A DNA stretch of 63,925 nt, filler included, from Octopus bimaculoides (lineage: Eukaryota), in NCBI RefSeq assembly GCF_001194135.2. It is 6 parts of 6 records of this genome, joined end to end, with 100 filler letters (N's around TTAATTAATTAA, not from the genome) between each part and the next. Parts side by side here need not be neighbours in the genome. Positions count along the whole stretch, not along the records: positions 29,586 to 52,560 come from NC_068982.1; 5 more parts are not named here. One strand, 5' to 3'. The notes beneath the pieces were generated by a model. It made no database searches and had not been told where the DNA came from. It saw only the letters and a program-made list of their open reading frames with translations. How positions within the stretch are numbered: position 1 is the first letter of the stretch; the number at the start of each line of letters is the position of its first letter. A program made the translations under genes and the position numbers. This document shows positions 36,418 through 49,789 of the stretch, in pieces.

Positions 36418-37040
36418 NNNNNNNNNNNNNNNNNNNNNNNNNNNNNNNNNNNNNNNNNNNNNNNNNNNNNNNNNNNNNNNNNNNNNNNNNNNNNNNNNNN
36501 NNNNNNNNNNNNNNNNNNNNNNNNNNNNNNNNNNNNNNNNNNNNNNNNNNNNNNNNNNNNNNNNNNNNNNNNNNNNNNNNNNNNNNNNNNNNNNNNNNNN
36601 NNNNNNNNNNNNNNNNNNNNNNNNNNNNNNNNNNNNNNNNNNNNNNNNNNNNNNNNNNNNNNNNNNNNNNNNNNNNNNNNNNNNNNNNNNNNNNNNNNNN
36701 NNNNNNNNNNNNNNNNNNNNNNNNNNNNNNNNNNNNNNNNNNNNNNNNNNNNNNNNNNNNNNNNNNNNNNNNNNNNNNNNNNNNNNNNNNNNNNNNNNNN
36801 NNNNNNNNNNNNNNNNNNNNNNNNNNNNNNNNNNNNNNNNNNNNNNNNNNNNNNNNNNNNNNNNNNNNNNNNNNNNNNNATATATATATATATATATATA
36901 TATATATACGACGGACTTTTTTCAGTTTCCATCTACCAAATCCACTCACAAGGCCTGAGGCTATAGTAGGAGACATTTTCCCAAGGTGTCGCGCAGTGGA
37001 ACTGAACCCAGAAGCATACGGTTGGGAAGCAAGCTTCTTA
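36180..37040 (-). mobile_element. SINE family B spanning an N gap
   Basis: 3' part at 36180-36340 and head at 36905-37040, on either side of the internal microsatellite and gap. Confidence 0.75.
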
Positions 37041-37846
37041 CCACATAGCCATGCCTACCTGTTCTCTTTTACTCGTACTCATACAAACGCATACACAAAC
37101 AGACTCACATACGCATAACTGTATTATGCTCACTTATTTGTGACTGTATTTGTACACGCGTGTGTGCATCTCTGTGTCTCGGAGTCTGTGTGTGTGATTG
37201 TACAGTTATGTTGTGGGTGATGTATTGAAGAATATACTGTGCAAAGTCAAAAAAATTCTCCGCAAGTGCGTGGAGAAAGAGTCCAGATTCTTGAAGGCTA
37301 AGTGTCGAACAAACAAAGGAGACATCACCTCGAAAATACCCATCAACAAAACAAAGACAGAAAAAAATGAGAGAGAAAGAAAGAGAGCTGATAGAGGGAG
37401 AGAGGGGGGTTAAGACGGGAGAGAGAAAAGGAGAGAAAAATCTGTGCGTTGATGACAGGAGAAAAACAGTGAATAAAATAACCAACGTGTGTAGATTAAA
37501 GTTGGTATATTTTATGTAAACAGATTGACAGACATATCGAAAGTGTATTATAGAGATAGTCTGGAAATCCTTTACAACGTATTTTGGCAAAATCCACTGG
37601 AGTTGTTTGTGTCTCCAATTTAAAGTTTATATAACAAGTTGCGAAAAATCTAAACACACTTACTGGGTCTTTCTATTTTCATATATTGTCTTTTTTGTAA
37701 GTTGGTTAGTTGGTTGGTGTTTTTTTTTCTTCTTTTTGCCGTGCCTTTGTATACGTCTGTCTGTGTACACGTGTGTGTCCATGTGCGCTCGTGTATGTAA
37801 CTACACACACATAACACACACACACAAACACACATATACAAACATA

Positions 37847-37891
<45 letters not shown>

Positions 37892-37923
37892 GTATATATA
37901 CATATGCATATATATCTACGTTT

Positions 37924-37954
<31 letters not shown>

Positions 37955-40605
37955 GTGTGTGTCTATATATATTCATATAATGTACACACACACATATGAG
38001 TGTGTGTGTGTATGTTTGTGTGTGCAAGTGTTTGTGTATATTATTGTCGTCTATTGTATTGTTAGTTTATTTTTTAACTCTTGTTCTGTTAAATTGCTAT
38101 TGTTACTGTTGGAGTCGGAACCGTTTACATGAACGTCATCAATGGACGTCATCAACGTATCCTACGACTTTGGCACTAGCAGTGACAGTAGTGGTGCTTG
38201 TGGTAGTGGTGGTGGTGGTTTTGTGATGGTGGTGGTGGTGGTCTTGATAGTATTAGTGGCGTTAGTTTGAGCGTGGGTGATAGTTTCACTGCTGGTGAAT
38301 ATTGGCATTGTAGCAATTTATGGGAACTTGATTGCAGAGGAACTAGCATTGCTATTGTTGTTGCTCGTGGTGATGGCTGTTGTACGTCACGCTCTTTGAG
38401 ATGTTCCATTCACTTTGGCCTCCACCTGGCACACAACTCTTCCCTCTGGCTCTTGGTTATGACGAAATCGATGGCATTATATAGAAAAACAGAGTGATAG
38501 AAAAGCGACACTTCTTAGGTATTGGTATGAAGAAGGCATTTAAACCAACGTTTCGTTTGTCATAGCTTCATTAAATTTAGGGATTAATTTATCATGAATA
38601 TGTTTATTAATTTTCCCAGTTTCGGTTTTAGTCGGGTTAATCAATCGTAATGTTGGTTTCTATTAAAAACTAACTTCTGATCATTCAAAAAAAAAAAAAA
38701 AAATGAGAGCGATGTAGCGGTTCAGGAGTTCAATTATATCATTGACAAGCAGATTTTCAATGTTACTTGGTCACATATATTCATGTCTTCTAGTTAGTTT
38801 TCTGTTACGAATGCTTGATGCTGCTCGGGATGAGATGGCGATAGCTGTGTAAGATTTTCTGTTTTTGTTTAATCTTCTGTTTAATTTAAATTGAAGCACA
38901 TTCTTGAATTTTCTAAAATCCATTTTCTTAATTAGTTGAAAATTACATCATCCAATAGTTGGAAAAAATCTATTCAAACTAGAACGTGGATTAGTTTTAT
39001 ATCCAAAAGAATTGTTTATTATAAGAATTGCTTTTCATTTTAACTGCTTCATGAAATCCCTTGTTCTTTGTATTAAACATTGTTATATATTGTTATAATA
39101 GATTTTCTCATTCGCTTATTATAATTAATTTAGAGCCTGCATTACAGCAATTTTATATGTTTTATTTACGACAAAAATTGTTTTCTATAGCCTTTCTCAC
39201 TCCCACCTAGAAATAAATTCCACACCACCTATATCACTCACTTATTTTCTCACACAAATTCTGTCTGTTGACTACAACGTCTCTTTTCGTTATTACGTTC
39301 CCTCAATATTTAATTTAAAATCTTTTTTGTTTATTTCTCATTTTCCCTTTGTATTAAATTCGAATTCTTCCTTGAGTTTACGCAGAAGCACAACAATTTT
39401 ACCACTAATAATCGCCCCTCCCATTAACTTCAATTTAATATCAAATCTCTTTACCTTTTATATTTATAAAATCCATGTAATCAAATGTTCCGTCCCATTC
39501 TTTGCTATGAACTCTATTAACTGAACTAATATCTCATTCGAGAAACTAGTCTAGAGTAGAATATATACGGCTATCTGTAACGAATACTAGACACTCATAC
39601 GTAATAAGAAGAGAGATATATTTATATAAGAAAATTGCATAAAATCCTGAAATAGGCAGTATTACATTTCAAACGTAAAATTTTGATAGTTAAACGGAAA
39701 TTGTATGTTCTGGTTTCTTTTGTAAATGTACACATTTTTTATTGGGAACATATATGTTCCATAAATGAATTTGATTAGTTTTCCCGCATGTTATTAACGT
39801 TACACGCAGAGCTAATTCGCTTTCGACTCACTTTATTGCTTCTTAGGTTAGGTTAGACTATCGGATAGACAGGAGAAACTATACATAACATAATGCAAAG
39901 TTTTAATACATTAATAGCACTGTAGCTATTAATTCCACAAACACTATTAAGTCCACCTCTAACATTACAGCGGTCAACACTGCGACATTTATTAGTAATT
40001 CAAAATCTTTTCATTCCAAACAATAAAAGCACTGCTATTACAATTATTATAATCGCTAAGCCCTACATGTAAAGTATATAACCTCATTGTTACGCCTCGG
40101 TGACTAGTATCAACACCAAGTTCACCGCACTCACTTTTGCTTTAAAACGGTTGCAAAAATCCCACTAATCATAAGTGACAGCCAAACAGATGAATTTACC
40201 GCTGATTATATTTTAGTAAGAACAACTTTTTTTGTATAACTACAGTCATAAGTTATTTTGATAACACATTCAGTTTTTCGTGACTAGTATTTGCTTATGA
40301 CTGAATTAACCAGAACAAATTCAGTAATATCACAGAGTAATAGTTCCACACTGTAAGATTAAACCATCGTCTTTTGACATCAACCCACCTGAGACCGCCC
40401 CTCGCTCTGTCATAAAAGCTTTCTTTCTTAAAGTGATCTAAATGAAAATCTTCGAGCAAAAATTTCATGGTAATTTACGTTCCAGATCCCCCGGTAATAA
40501 GAACAAGGTTATTTTGTTAATTTTTCTATGTATTTTAAAATTAATTGAAAGAAAGGTATTTCAACAGAATTCCAGTAACAAAAGGATTAAATAGTAGGTG
40601 AACAG

Positions 40606-40757
40606 CAGGGCCGACTCTAGGGTTGCTGACAAGCTGAACTTCAGCGTGTACAATCTGACGATCGTGGAAATGTCTTTGTCACGCTCTCCTTGGCGCCCCC
40701 TAAGGACATGACGCTCCGGGCAACTGTCCGAGTTGCCGGTACCTTGAGCCTGCCCTG
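40606..40757. mobile_element. 152-bp hAT-like MITE
   Basis: cagggccgactctagg / ccttgagcctgccctg termini, internal tggcgcccc; flanks GTGAACAG / GGAAACAG (6 of 8 match). Confidence 0.7.
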
Positions 40758-41130
40758 GGAAACAGGCTTATTTTATACTTACAATATTCTTGGTGCTAAT
40801 TTTATTGCAGCTTTCTCTCTCTATATGTTCAATGTACGTTTTAAAATAAAAACTGGATGATTTGAAAAGAATGCTTCGATCACTTCAACACTCGGTTTTT
40901 ATTTAAACATAAAAATTGATCGGATTATGTAACAAAGAGGTAAGGATGAAAGCAACTTGTCTTGAAATCATAGTAAATATTGTTTCACTTAAATATGTTT
41001 TCCCCCCACTTTTCATTTAAATGCTTAATTAAATTAACGGTTATGTAACAAAGAAGTATGGACGCAGCAGATCATTCTGAAACTAAAGTTTATAGTTTTT
41101 CATGTAGTTAATTGGTTACTATTTTAATAT

Positions 41131-41340
41131 TGGTTTCAAATTGTGGTACAGAGCCAGCAATTTTAGGGGAGGGAGAAGGCGCTTAAATCGGTCCTAATAT
41201 TCAGCTGATACTTATTTTATCGATCCCGAAGGGGTGAAAAGCAAAGCCTCGACGGAATTTGAACTCGGAACACGAAGACAAACGAAATGTCACTAAGCAT
41301 TTTGCCCGGTGTGTTAACGATTCTGCCAGCTCGACGCCTT
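41131..41340 (-). mobile_element. Full-length SINE family A with TSD
   Basis: Flanked by ggttactatt(t/c)taatatt at about 41114-41131 and 41341-41358. Confidence 0.88.
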
Positions 41341-42126
41341 GGTTACTATTCTAATATTGCCTGCCACATCACACTCCCATGCTACCTCCCACAATCTAAA
41401 GATGAAATCATTTTATATTACCCAGTTTATTTATATTATCTATCCTGGTAATTTTGACCATTGTTTTATCTCTTTGTGAATATATATTATTAACCACTTT
41501 TTTTAAAGAGTATCAACTAAGTACTTTCGGACTAGTAGAATATCTTTCTGATAATTATCATTACATACGGTATTAAGTTATACTATGGCCTCCATCCTCA
41601 TGTACCAGTCCCCACAGAAAATGGCAAGTTTGACTTATATTTTTGTTTGCTTGTTTCTTCCTAAATCTTTTCCTCGTTCCATTTACATACTGAGTACATT
41701 TACTTCGTAAACCACTGACTAGAGTTTGTTTATTCTCCACAAGAAGGCGAAGAAAAAAAAAAAGAAAAAGAAAGATAGTGCCAATTGTAGGAGTTAAAGT
41801 AGAAGGAAAAAAGAAGAACAAGAATTAAAATAAATTAGACACGAACAAAACGTACAGAAGAAAGACACAAATAAGAAGAAATAGATATCTGAAAGATTCC
41901 TCCACCCAAATTTACAAAAACAGTTGAAATATTTCAAGCCTTTTAAACGCTTAGGAATCCGGTTTCATACAAGGTAAATGCAGTTTAACTATTTGGTACT
42001 GTTAGAAGACGTTTAGCTAACAATTGTACAATAAACATTATAAAATAGTCCCGACTATTAGAGTTAGCACGTTTACATCTACAGTCACGAGGAGGCTCTG
42101 TCAGTTTCTTACGCCCACATTTAGCG

Positions 42127-42184
<58 letters not shown>

Positions 42185-42606
42185 ATATATATATATATAC
42201 TAACACCTTCTTTGGTCGAGTACATATTTTTTTCATTACTCTCGTTACTGCACATAAAAAGAACGAACCTGTTACTTATTTAAAGTTCTTGGTAATTTCT
42301 ACTTCTTTATGGATGAAAAGAGCTATTTATACCCACATCCTTACAAAACGTGGATTAAACAACCATCAGCTGCAACAACTTTGTAAATACTCATATTTAG
42401 AGTGGATATGTCTTGCCTTAGGCCCCAAAATCTTGATGGAGTCGTAGAGGCTTTTAACTCTAGACTTTATTTAACAATTCCGAAGAGATAACAGGCAAAG
42501 CTGATCTTCCTGACACAACTAAATGTAGAGGGAATGACTATCACAAGGGAACCTCTTAAACGCCATACGAGAAAGAGAGAAAATGGGAGAGAAACAAAGG
42601 CAGCGA

Positions 42607-42608
<2 letters not shown>

Positions 42609-42688
<80 letters not shown>

Positions 42689-42716
42689 TGGTGGTGGAGA
42701 GAGAGAGAGAGAGAGA
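42609..42716. repeat. (GT)n(GA)n microsatellite
   Basis: Visible run. Confidence 0.95.
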
Positions 42717-43499
42717 AAATGATTTAGACCCCTTTGGTTACTATTTTATCATTCGATGTTTAAAAGCTAGTTTTATATATAATATGTTAAAGAAACCTAG
42801 TTGTTTCTTATAATACATACCAATACATACATCTAAAGCAAAATTTTTTGAGGGGCCCTTAAAATACTATTGTGGATCCCCAGTTTACTATTTTGTTGCG
42901 TGCTCTCCCCACCAATTTTTATATGGACTTTCAGGGCCTATATATCTCTCGGTTGAGATATATTGTTTTAGATCGACAAACAGAAAGAGAAAGAGCGAGC
43001 TAAAATACTTGTAAGAAATAATAGAAGACAGACAAAAAAACGTAGAAGAGAAATAACAACAAATAATGGGTGAGAGACTGTATGGTTGCTGCTGTTGTTT
43101 TTTAACCCTACATCTCCTATGGTCGAACAAATCAGAGGCGTGCCAGTTGTGACCATTCCTTGAATAACTTTTGGTATTATTTTCTTGGTTAGCTATATGT
43201 AGCAGATCGAGCAACCACCTGGAAATATCAGACCGTTGTTTGCCGGACTGTTTCAGTGTTTGAGTGCTAAAGACAGTCTGTGCTCGTTCTGTGTGTGAGC
43301 GTTTGTGTGTGTGTGTACGAGAGATAATGATTGAAAGATTATATCATGCGTGTGTACTGGTCTGGGCATGTCTCTCATGTGTAGATGTATGTGCAAGCTG
43401 GTATGTCAGTGCTTCTCTGTGTATGCTTTTCATTCTTTCTTTCTGTCTTACTCTCTGCACTCTCCTTGTTTTCTCTCTGCAATTCGTTGTACATATCTT

Positions 43500-43850
43500 T
43501 TATCTTCTACTTGTTTCACTCAGCGGACTGTGGTCATGCTGGGGCGCCGCCTTGAAGGATTTAGTCGAACAAATGGCTTACCGTACTTAATCTAAGTCTA
43601 ATCTTGCAAAACCACTTAGTTACGGGGACACCCCTCCCCCCAAAAAACTATTTTGTCAAGCGAGGAGGAGACAAACACAAAGACGCACGTACACACACAC
43701 AACACACACACAACCATCTACCAAATTCACTCACAAGGTATTGGTAAGCTAGGTACTATGGTAGAAGAGATTTGCCCAAAGTGCCGAGAAGTTATATTGA
43801 ACACGAAACAACGTACTAGCAAGATGAGCTTCTTAGCCACACAACTATGC
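43500..43850 (-). mobile_element. Degenerate SINE family B
   Basis: cttctacttgtttcactcagcggactgtggtcatgctggggcgccgcc...ccaaattcactcacaagg. Confidence 0.75.
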
Positions 43851-45289
43851 CTGGGCCTATGTATTTATTTGAAAAAAAAAAATGAGATTTGAAAATGGAA
43901 TGATGAAAATTAAAAATAAGACGAATGAACAATGAAAAGGGAAAAGGATATATTTAAGGGAGAAGCAAATAAAAAACAAAAAGCAAAACAAGAAACAAGG
44001 ACAAAAACGTAAGAGAAGAAAAGAAGACGAAATGTTTTAGAGAAAGATAAATTCATAGAAGGCAGCCAGACAGAAGAATTTTCTGGTTAACTCCTTCGTT
44101 ACCATATCAAACCAAAACAAGACACTTGGTAATATAACATTTAGATACATACATACATACATACGTACATGCATGTACATACATATGTACATGTGCACAT
44201 ACATATATGCTTTTATACATACGTACATACATACAAACACATAAACACACACATCTGCATATATAGATATTTAGATGCATACATACACCATGCGTATACT
44301 GGCGAAAATATATGCATGCATAGATAAATACATACATACATGTATATATGCATCTATATATAAATACAACACGCTCGCACACTGATAAACTGTAATGAAG
44401 CTCACACACTTGTGTACAAGCCTGACATGCACATGCACTACATAAGTGTAAGTTAATCCACATGTATACACATATGCATAATACACACTCACACAAATTC
44501 ACATGTATATGACAACCGATCAAATTAGTTGCCCCCAAAACGCTATTATGCAATGAACTGGTAATCAAGCAAAACACATGTACTATATATGTGCGGTCGA
44601 TAATGTTTGCAACACTAGCGCTGCTTTTATTTCGTAATTGAATTCAATCATACGTATGCATCACGCTAATATACCAGCAAATGGTTCTTACACTATTTGT
44701 ATATAGTCCTAGAGTGGCGATTTGTTTTGTTCCCAGTTCGATTTTGGTACGTGATGTTGATAAGCCACATCAACAAAATTGCAGCAAAGCTGCGTGATAG
44801 TTGTCTCAGATGTAGCGTGCAGACCATCATATAACTTGTTTTATTCTCCTCTCCCGTTTTACTTTGGCATGCGCATTGCATTTTTATTCTTCCCTTCCGT
44901 TTTATGAATTCAGTGTGCACATACGCATTGCGTGTTCATAGTTCGCTTTCCGGTTCATATTCGAAACTGTTTATTTCTCACAACCATCTCACGAACGCAC
45001 GTTCGCGAGGAGCGCTTCGCGGTTCGATGTTTGTGTAAGAATGAAGAAATATCGGTATCCATCATTCGTGAATGGGATTGAAGACTTTCAATGTCTTTCA
45101 AGAATTTTAACAGCTGATACTACGAGGGAGTCGCGTCCAAGCGCTATAAGCAGCGAACCGGCAAACACGAAAAACACATGCAGTGGATATGTGGAGTCGA
45201 TAATGTTCACACACACACACGCACACACACATATATGATAGACTCTCCCGTCGAAAACGATGTATGAGCGTTCAGCTTATGCCGAACGA

Positions 45290-45528
45290 CCCGCACAAAT
45301 GATTTGTTTATATCGATCAAATGTATGTGTTGTACATTAGCTCACTCTCGCCATCAAATCGACGTTTCCTGAACAAGCACTGTACTTTATGTGTGAAGTG
45401 TCCAAGTCATCGCAGAGCATCGTGAGATGAAGTGTTGTACTCAAGAACACAACGCACCACCCGCTCTAGGAATTGAAATCACAGTCGCTAAATCGTGAGT
45501 GCAACACCCTGACTACTAAACCATACGT

Positions 45529-45530
<2 letters not shown>
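45290..45530 (-). mobile_element. Degenerate tRNA-derived SINE (family C-like)
   Basis: caagaacacaacgcaccacccgctctaggaattgaaatcac...gagtgcaacaccctgactactaaaccat resembles 4010-4100. Confidence 0.65.
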
Positions 45531-45594
<64 letters not shown>

Positions 45595-46529
45595 NNNNNN
45601 NNNNNNNNNNNNNNNNNNNNNNNNNNNNNNNNNNNNNNNNNNNNNNNNNTTTTGTAAATCAAATGTATACAGGTGCAAGCATGTAGTGTGCCGTGCATTT
45701 TTTTTTTTATCTCGTGCTACGTTATCCAGTATGTCTCTGTTATTGCCAAGACTACAGAATGTATCTCTTTTGTTCACATGTTCTATTCTCTGAGTTCTTA
45801 CTATTACCTCGCACCTCACTCAATCTGTTCATCATCATCTCTCAACTCAACGCTACACACATACACGCACAAATTTATGTGTGCAGATATGTATGTATAT
45901 TTGTATTACGTAAGTATGTCTGTCTGCCTGCCTGCCTGTCTGTATGTATGATGGCTGTTGGATTCTGCTGGATTCATTCGTTATGTGACTGATTTTGTCT
46001 TTTGTACTGCATTGTCCATCGAAACCGCCGTCCTTACTGAGCAGGTTTGACAGGGCTGCTGGTTTAGTCAACGACGACCCGACTATAGGACTGGTTGTTC
46101 CGGGTTACATAATACTAATAACACTAAAAATAACCTGAAATAACAGAAGGGAGTGAGAGATCCCAAGTCATCGTTTAAACATTTCTTTAGGAAAAGGAAA
46201 ATCTGAAATAACACTTGTCCTTTTGCGAAATCGAAGATCTTGCTCTTGCTTGTTTCTGGACTTATTGACTTTGTAGGTAAGTGTCTTAGTGATGTTGTGC
46301 AAATTGTTATAGACTTTAAATTTCAGCACGAGTATTGACAACAGCCATTGTCTCTAACGTCTAGGATAAGATAATTTGTCAGTGATGGCCATACTCGTCT
46401 CCGTGTTCACAACCCCAACGCAAAGGTATTCTCTCGAATACGAGAAAGGTTGTCCTGCAATTTCTTACTGACCATCCTGGTATCTTTTATCTTTTACTTG
46501 TTTCAGTCATTAGACTGAGGCCATGCTGG

Positions 46530-46775
46530 ATCACCGACTTGATTTGTTTATAATGGTCAAACGTTCGCAGTGCGCATAAGCACACTCCTTCCATCACATC
46601 GACATTACATGAACAGGTGTACGGTATGTTACACGCCAGGTGTCAAAGTGATTGCAAAACAACGTGAGATGAAGTGTTTTGCTCAACAGTACTACGCATC
46701 TCTCAGTCAGGGAAGTTAGCCCATGAGCTCGCGATCGTGAGTGCAACACACTAACCACTAGACCATGCGACCTCC
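46530..46775 (-). mobile_element. Degenerate tRNA-derived SINE (family C-like)
   Basis: gtgagatgaagtgttttgctcaac...gatcgtgagtgcaacacactaaccactagaccatgcgacctcc. Confidence 0.65.
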
Positions 46776-47267
46776 CCTGTGTGTGTATATATGTATGTTT
46801 CTAAGTGGACTTTTAAATTAATTTCCTACCGTTTAAATGCGATCTCTGTGTGATAGCAATTATGAGAATGCTAACCATATTTCTCACATAATAAACGTCC
46901 ACCTTCCAATATATTACGAATTCTCATCCTTTTCCTTTATGTATGTGCATGTCTATGTATCTATGTACATACCTACTTATGTATGTACGCACACACACGC
47001 ACACACACACATGCACACAAACACACACACACACATACACACACAAACAATTAATGAATTTACTTTTGTTAAATCATATGTACCTTTGTGTGTGTATAAA
47101 TGTTTGTGCGTGTGTTTGGGCGTATAAATTAAAGGTTAGTGTAAAAAAGGCAGTTCCCATATTCGTTTTGAGTCTACCTGTTTCTCTTCGTTTTTAAATG
47201 CGTTCATACAAAATACACAGGAAATTGCTTTTATGAAGCTTATATATATGCATATGTACATATATAT

Positions 47268-47371
<104 letters not shown>

Positions 47372-47884
47372 ATGCGTACACACATTACTCTCTTATAGTC
47401 ACAAAGAAAAGCGATAAAGACTTATAAGCATTTAAGACATTCTTCTCTGTGATCATGTTCGCAACCTTTACTGCTCTCGTTTCCCAAATATGAAGTGAAT
47501 TAAAAAATTCCGGTCATTTTTTTATTTTTAACTACAATTAAGCTTTAATTTCGAGTTTCATGTAACCGAGTTTTTGAGGCATAAAATATACAAATGCATA
47601 ATGCATTCGGATATTGCTGGGTTATGAATACTATTGAGCTGTAGTCGGATGGTTGTGTTCGTAGTGTTATTTGTCTGATATAGTTGCTGTTGTAGTTATT
47701 GTTGTTGATAATGTTCTTTAGCCTTAGAAAATCCATAACTTGGCCGAACGACGACCAAATGCCTTCCACCCATGACAATTTCGTCACACCATTTCCCTCA
47801 AATAAGGGCGTAAACCTTTTTGTCTATCAATCCCTTAGGAAGCGTTCTTAGTATGTTTCTCTTTACTTGACCAAGCCCTCATCA

Positions 47885-48027
47885 CCAAGGCGTCTGTGTG
47901 GTAAGAAGCTTGCTTCCTAACCGCATGGTTCCGGCTCCTGTCCCACCGCGTGGCACCTTGGGCAAGTGTTTTCTACCGACCAAATCTTTGTGAATGGATT
48001 TGGTAGACGGAAACTGAAAGAAACCCG

Positions 48028-48066
<39 letters not shown>

Positions 48067-48440
48067 NNNNNNNNNNNNNNNNNNNNNNNNNNNNNNNNNN
48101 NNNNNNNNNNNNNNNNNNNNNNNNNNNNNNNNNNNNNNNNNNNNNNNNNNNNNNNNNNNNNNNNNNNNNNNNNNNNNNNNNNNNNNNNNNNNNNNNNNNN
48201 NNNNNNNNATATATATGTATCTATGCATGTCTATGTGTGTGTGTATGTGTCTGTTTACACCACTTCTTGACAACTAGTGTTAGTGTGCTTGCATCCCTGT
48301 AACCTAGCGGTTCGGCAAAAGAAACCTAGAGAATAAGTACCATGATTAAAAAATAAATACTGGGGTCGATTCAGTCAACTAAAATTTCAAGACGGTGTCC
48401 CAGCATGGCCGCATTCTACTGACTGTAACAAATAAAAGGT
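47885..48440 (+). mobile_element. SINE family B spanning a gap
   Basis: Head gtctgtgtggtaagaagcttgc through tail gactgtaacaaataaaag. Confidence 0.8.
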
Positions 48441-48629
48441 AAAACATAGACCTCTCTACTTCCATCCGTCCTTCTCTCCTTCTACCTTCTCCCTCTTCTC
48501 ATCTCCATCTTTCTCTTCCTCAGCCTCCCTCATATTTCGGTTCCATCTCCCATCGTTCGTTTTACACGTTACATTACAACACAAATTCTTCTTAGTGTGT
48601 CTTCTCTTTGCCACTCCATCCCACCATCA

Positions 48630-48873
48630 ATCTTTTATCTGTTATCTTTCATTTGTTCCAGTCATTAGACCTCTGGCCATGCAGGGACACCGTCTTGAAG
48701 AATTTTTAGTCGAATGAAGCAACCCGAGTATTTATTTATTTTTAGGCCTGGTTCTTATGCTACCAGTCTCTTTCGCCAAACCGCTATGTTACGGGGACAT
48801 AAACACACCAACATTAGTTGTCAAACGCTGGGAGAGAGGACAAATGCAGACACAAAGACACATACATATTCCC

Positions 48874-48912
<39 letters not shown>

Positions 48913-49115
48913 NNNNNNNNNNTCAGTTTCCGTCAACCAAATCCACTCAAAAGGCTTTGGTCTGCCTGAGGCTTAGCAGAAGACACTTGCCCAAGTTGCC
49001 AGGCAGTGGAACTGAACCCAGAACCAATTGATTAGGAAGGAAGCTTCTTACTACGCAAGCTTCTTACTACATAAGCTTCTTACTACGCAAGCTTCTTACT
49101 ACACAAGCCACACCT
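48630..49115 (-). mobile_element. SINE family B with a 16-bp x4 expansion in its head
   Basis: SINE body plus aagcttcttactac(gc/at/gc/ac) at 49041-49104. Confidence 0.8.
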
Positions 49116-49488
49116 CCATTTTTCATTCGCAATATTGTAGTTAAGGTCAAAACGCTTCTTGCATATCACTCTCAGAATAATAGTAAGCTCTAGATGCAAG
49201 TTAATTTTCTGTCCTTATGGTAAATGAACTAGCCACGAGCTTTCCTATATAAACATTTAACGCATTATATTTGCTGCTGTTGTAGCGATGATGTTGCTAG
49301 AGTGGAGTTCGAAGCTTTTGAGTGTGTAATGCATTCACTTTCTTTAAAACAGCTTTGAGACAGGTGCAGGATGCATGTCTGGTAATGACAAAAAGATAAG
49401 AAAGGAAAAGGAAAAGAAAGAGAAAAAGCACGCCTTAGGAATTTGAATGCCGTAGGCAAAATGCAAGCAAAGCGCAATAGAATGAAAA

Positions 49489-49490
<2 letters not shown>

Positions 49491-49570
<80 letters not shown>

Positions 49571-49644
49571 NNNNNNNNNNNNNNNNNNNNNNNNNNNNNN
49601 NNNNNNNNNNNNNNNNNNNNNNNNNNNNNNNNNNNNNNNNNNNN

Positions 49645-49720
<76 letters not shown>
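49491..49720. repeat. (TAC)n microsatellite with internal gap
   Basis: Visible run; explains the poly-Y and poly-V ORFs. Confidence 0.97.
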
Positions 49721-49789
49721 GACTAACCACAAAATATTATAAAAATAGATTAATGAGAATGCGATTAATACGAAGTTCAGACTATGAAA

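Noticed and set aside
40645-40682. CTGACGA-tcgtg-GAAA-tg-TC with pairable flanks
   Set aside because: Stems II and III too short to form; lies within a hAT-like MITE; treated as chance.
42888-43260. 108-aa minus-strand ORF with a poly-Q patch
   Set aside because: Non-ATG start, upstream in-frame stop, no clear splice sites or recognisable domain.
44037-44577. Cys/Val/Tyr/His/Thr-rich ORFs here and at 35.7, 37.6, 47.1 and 59.3 kb
   Set aside because: Translations of (TG)n, (TA)n and (TACA)n microsatellite mosaics.
46085-46160. Strong-looking minus-strand splice acceptor (ttctgttatttcag)
   Set aside because: All downstream frames stop within about 20 codons; cannot support a coding exon without RNA data.
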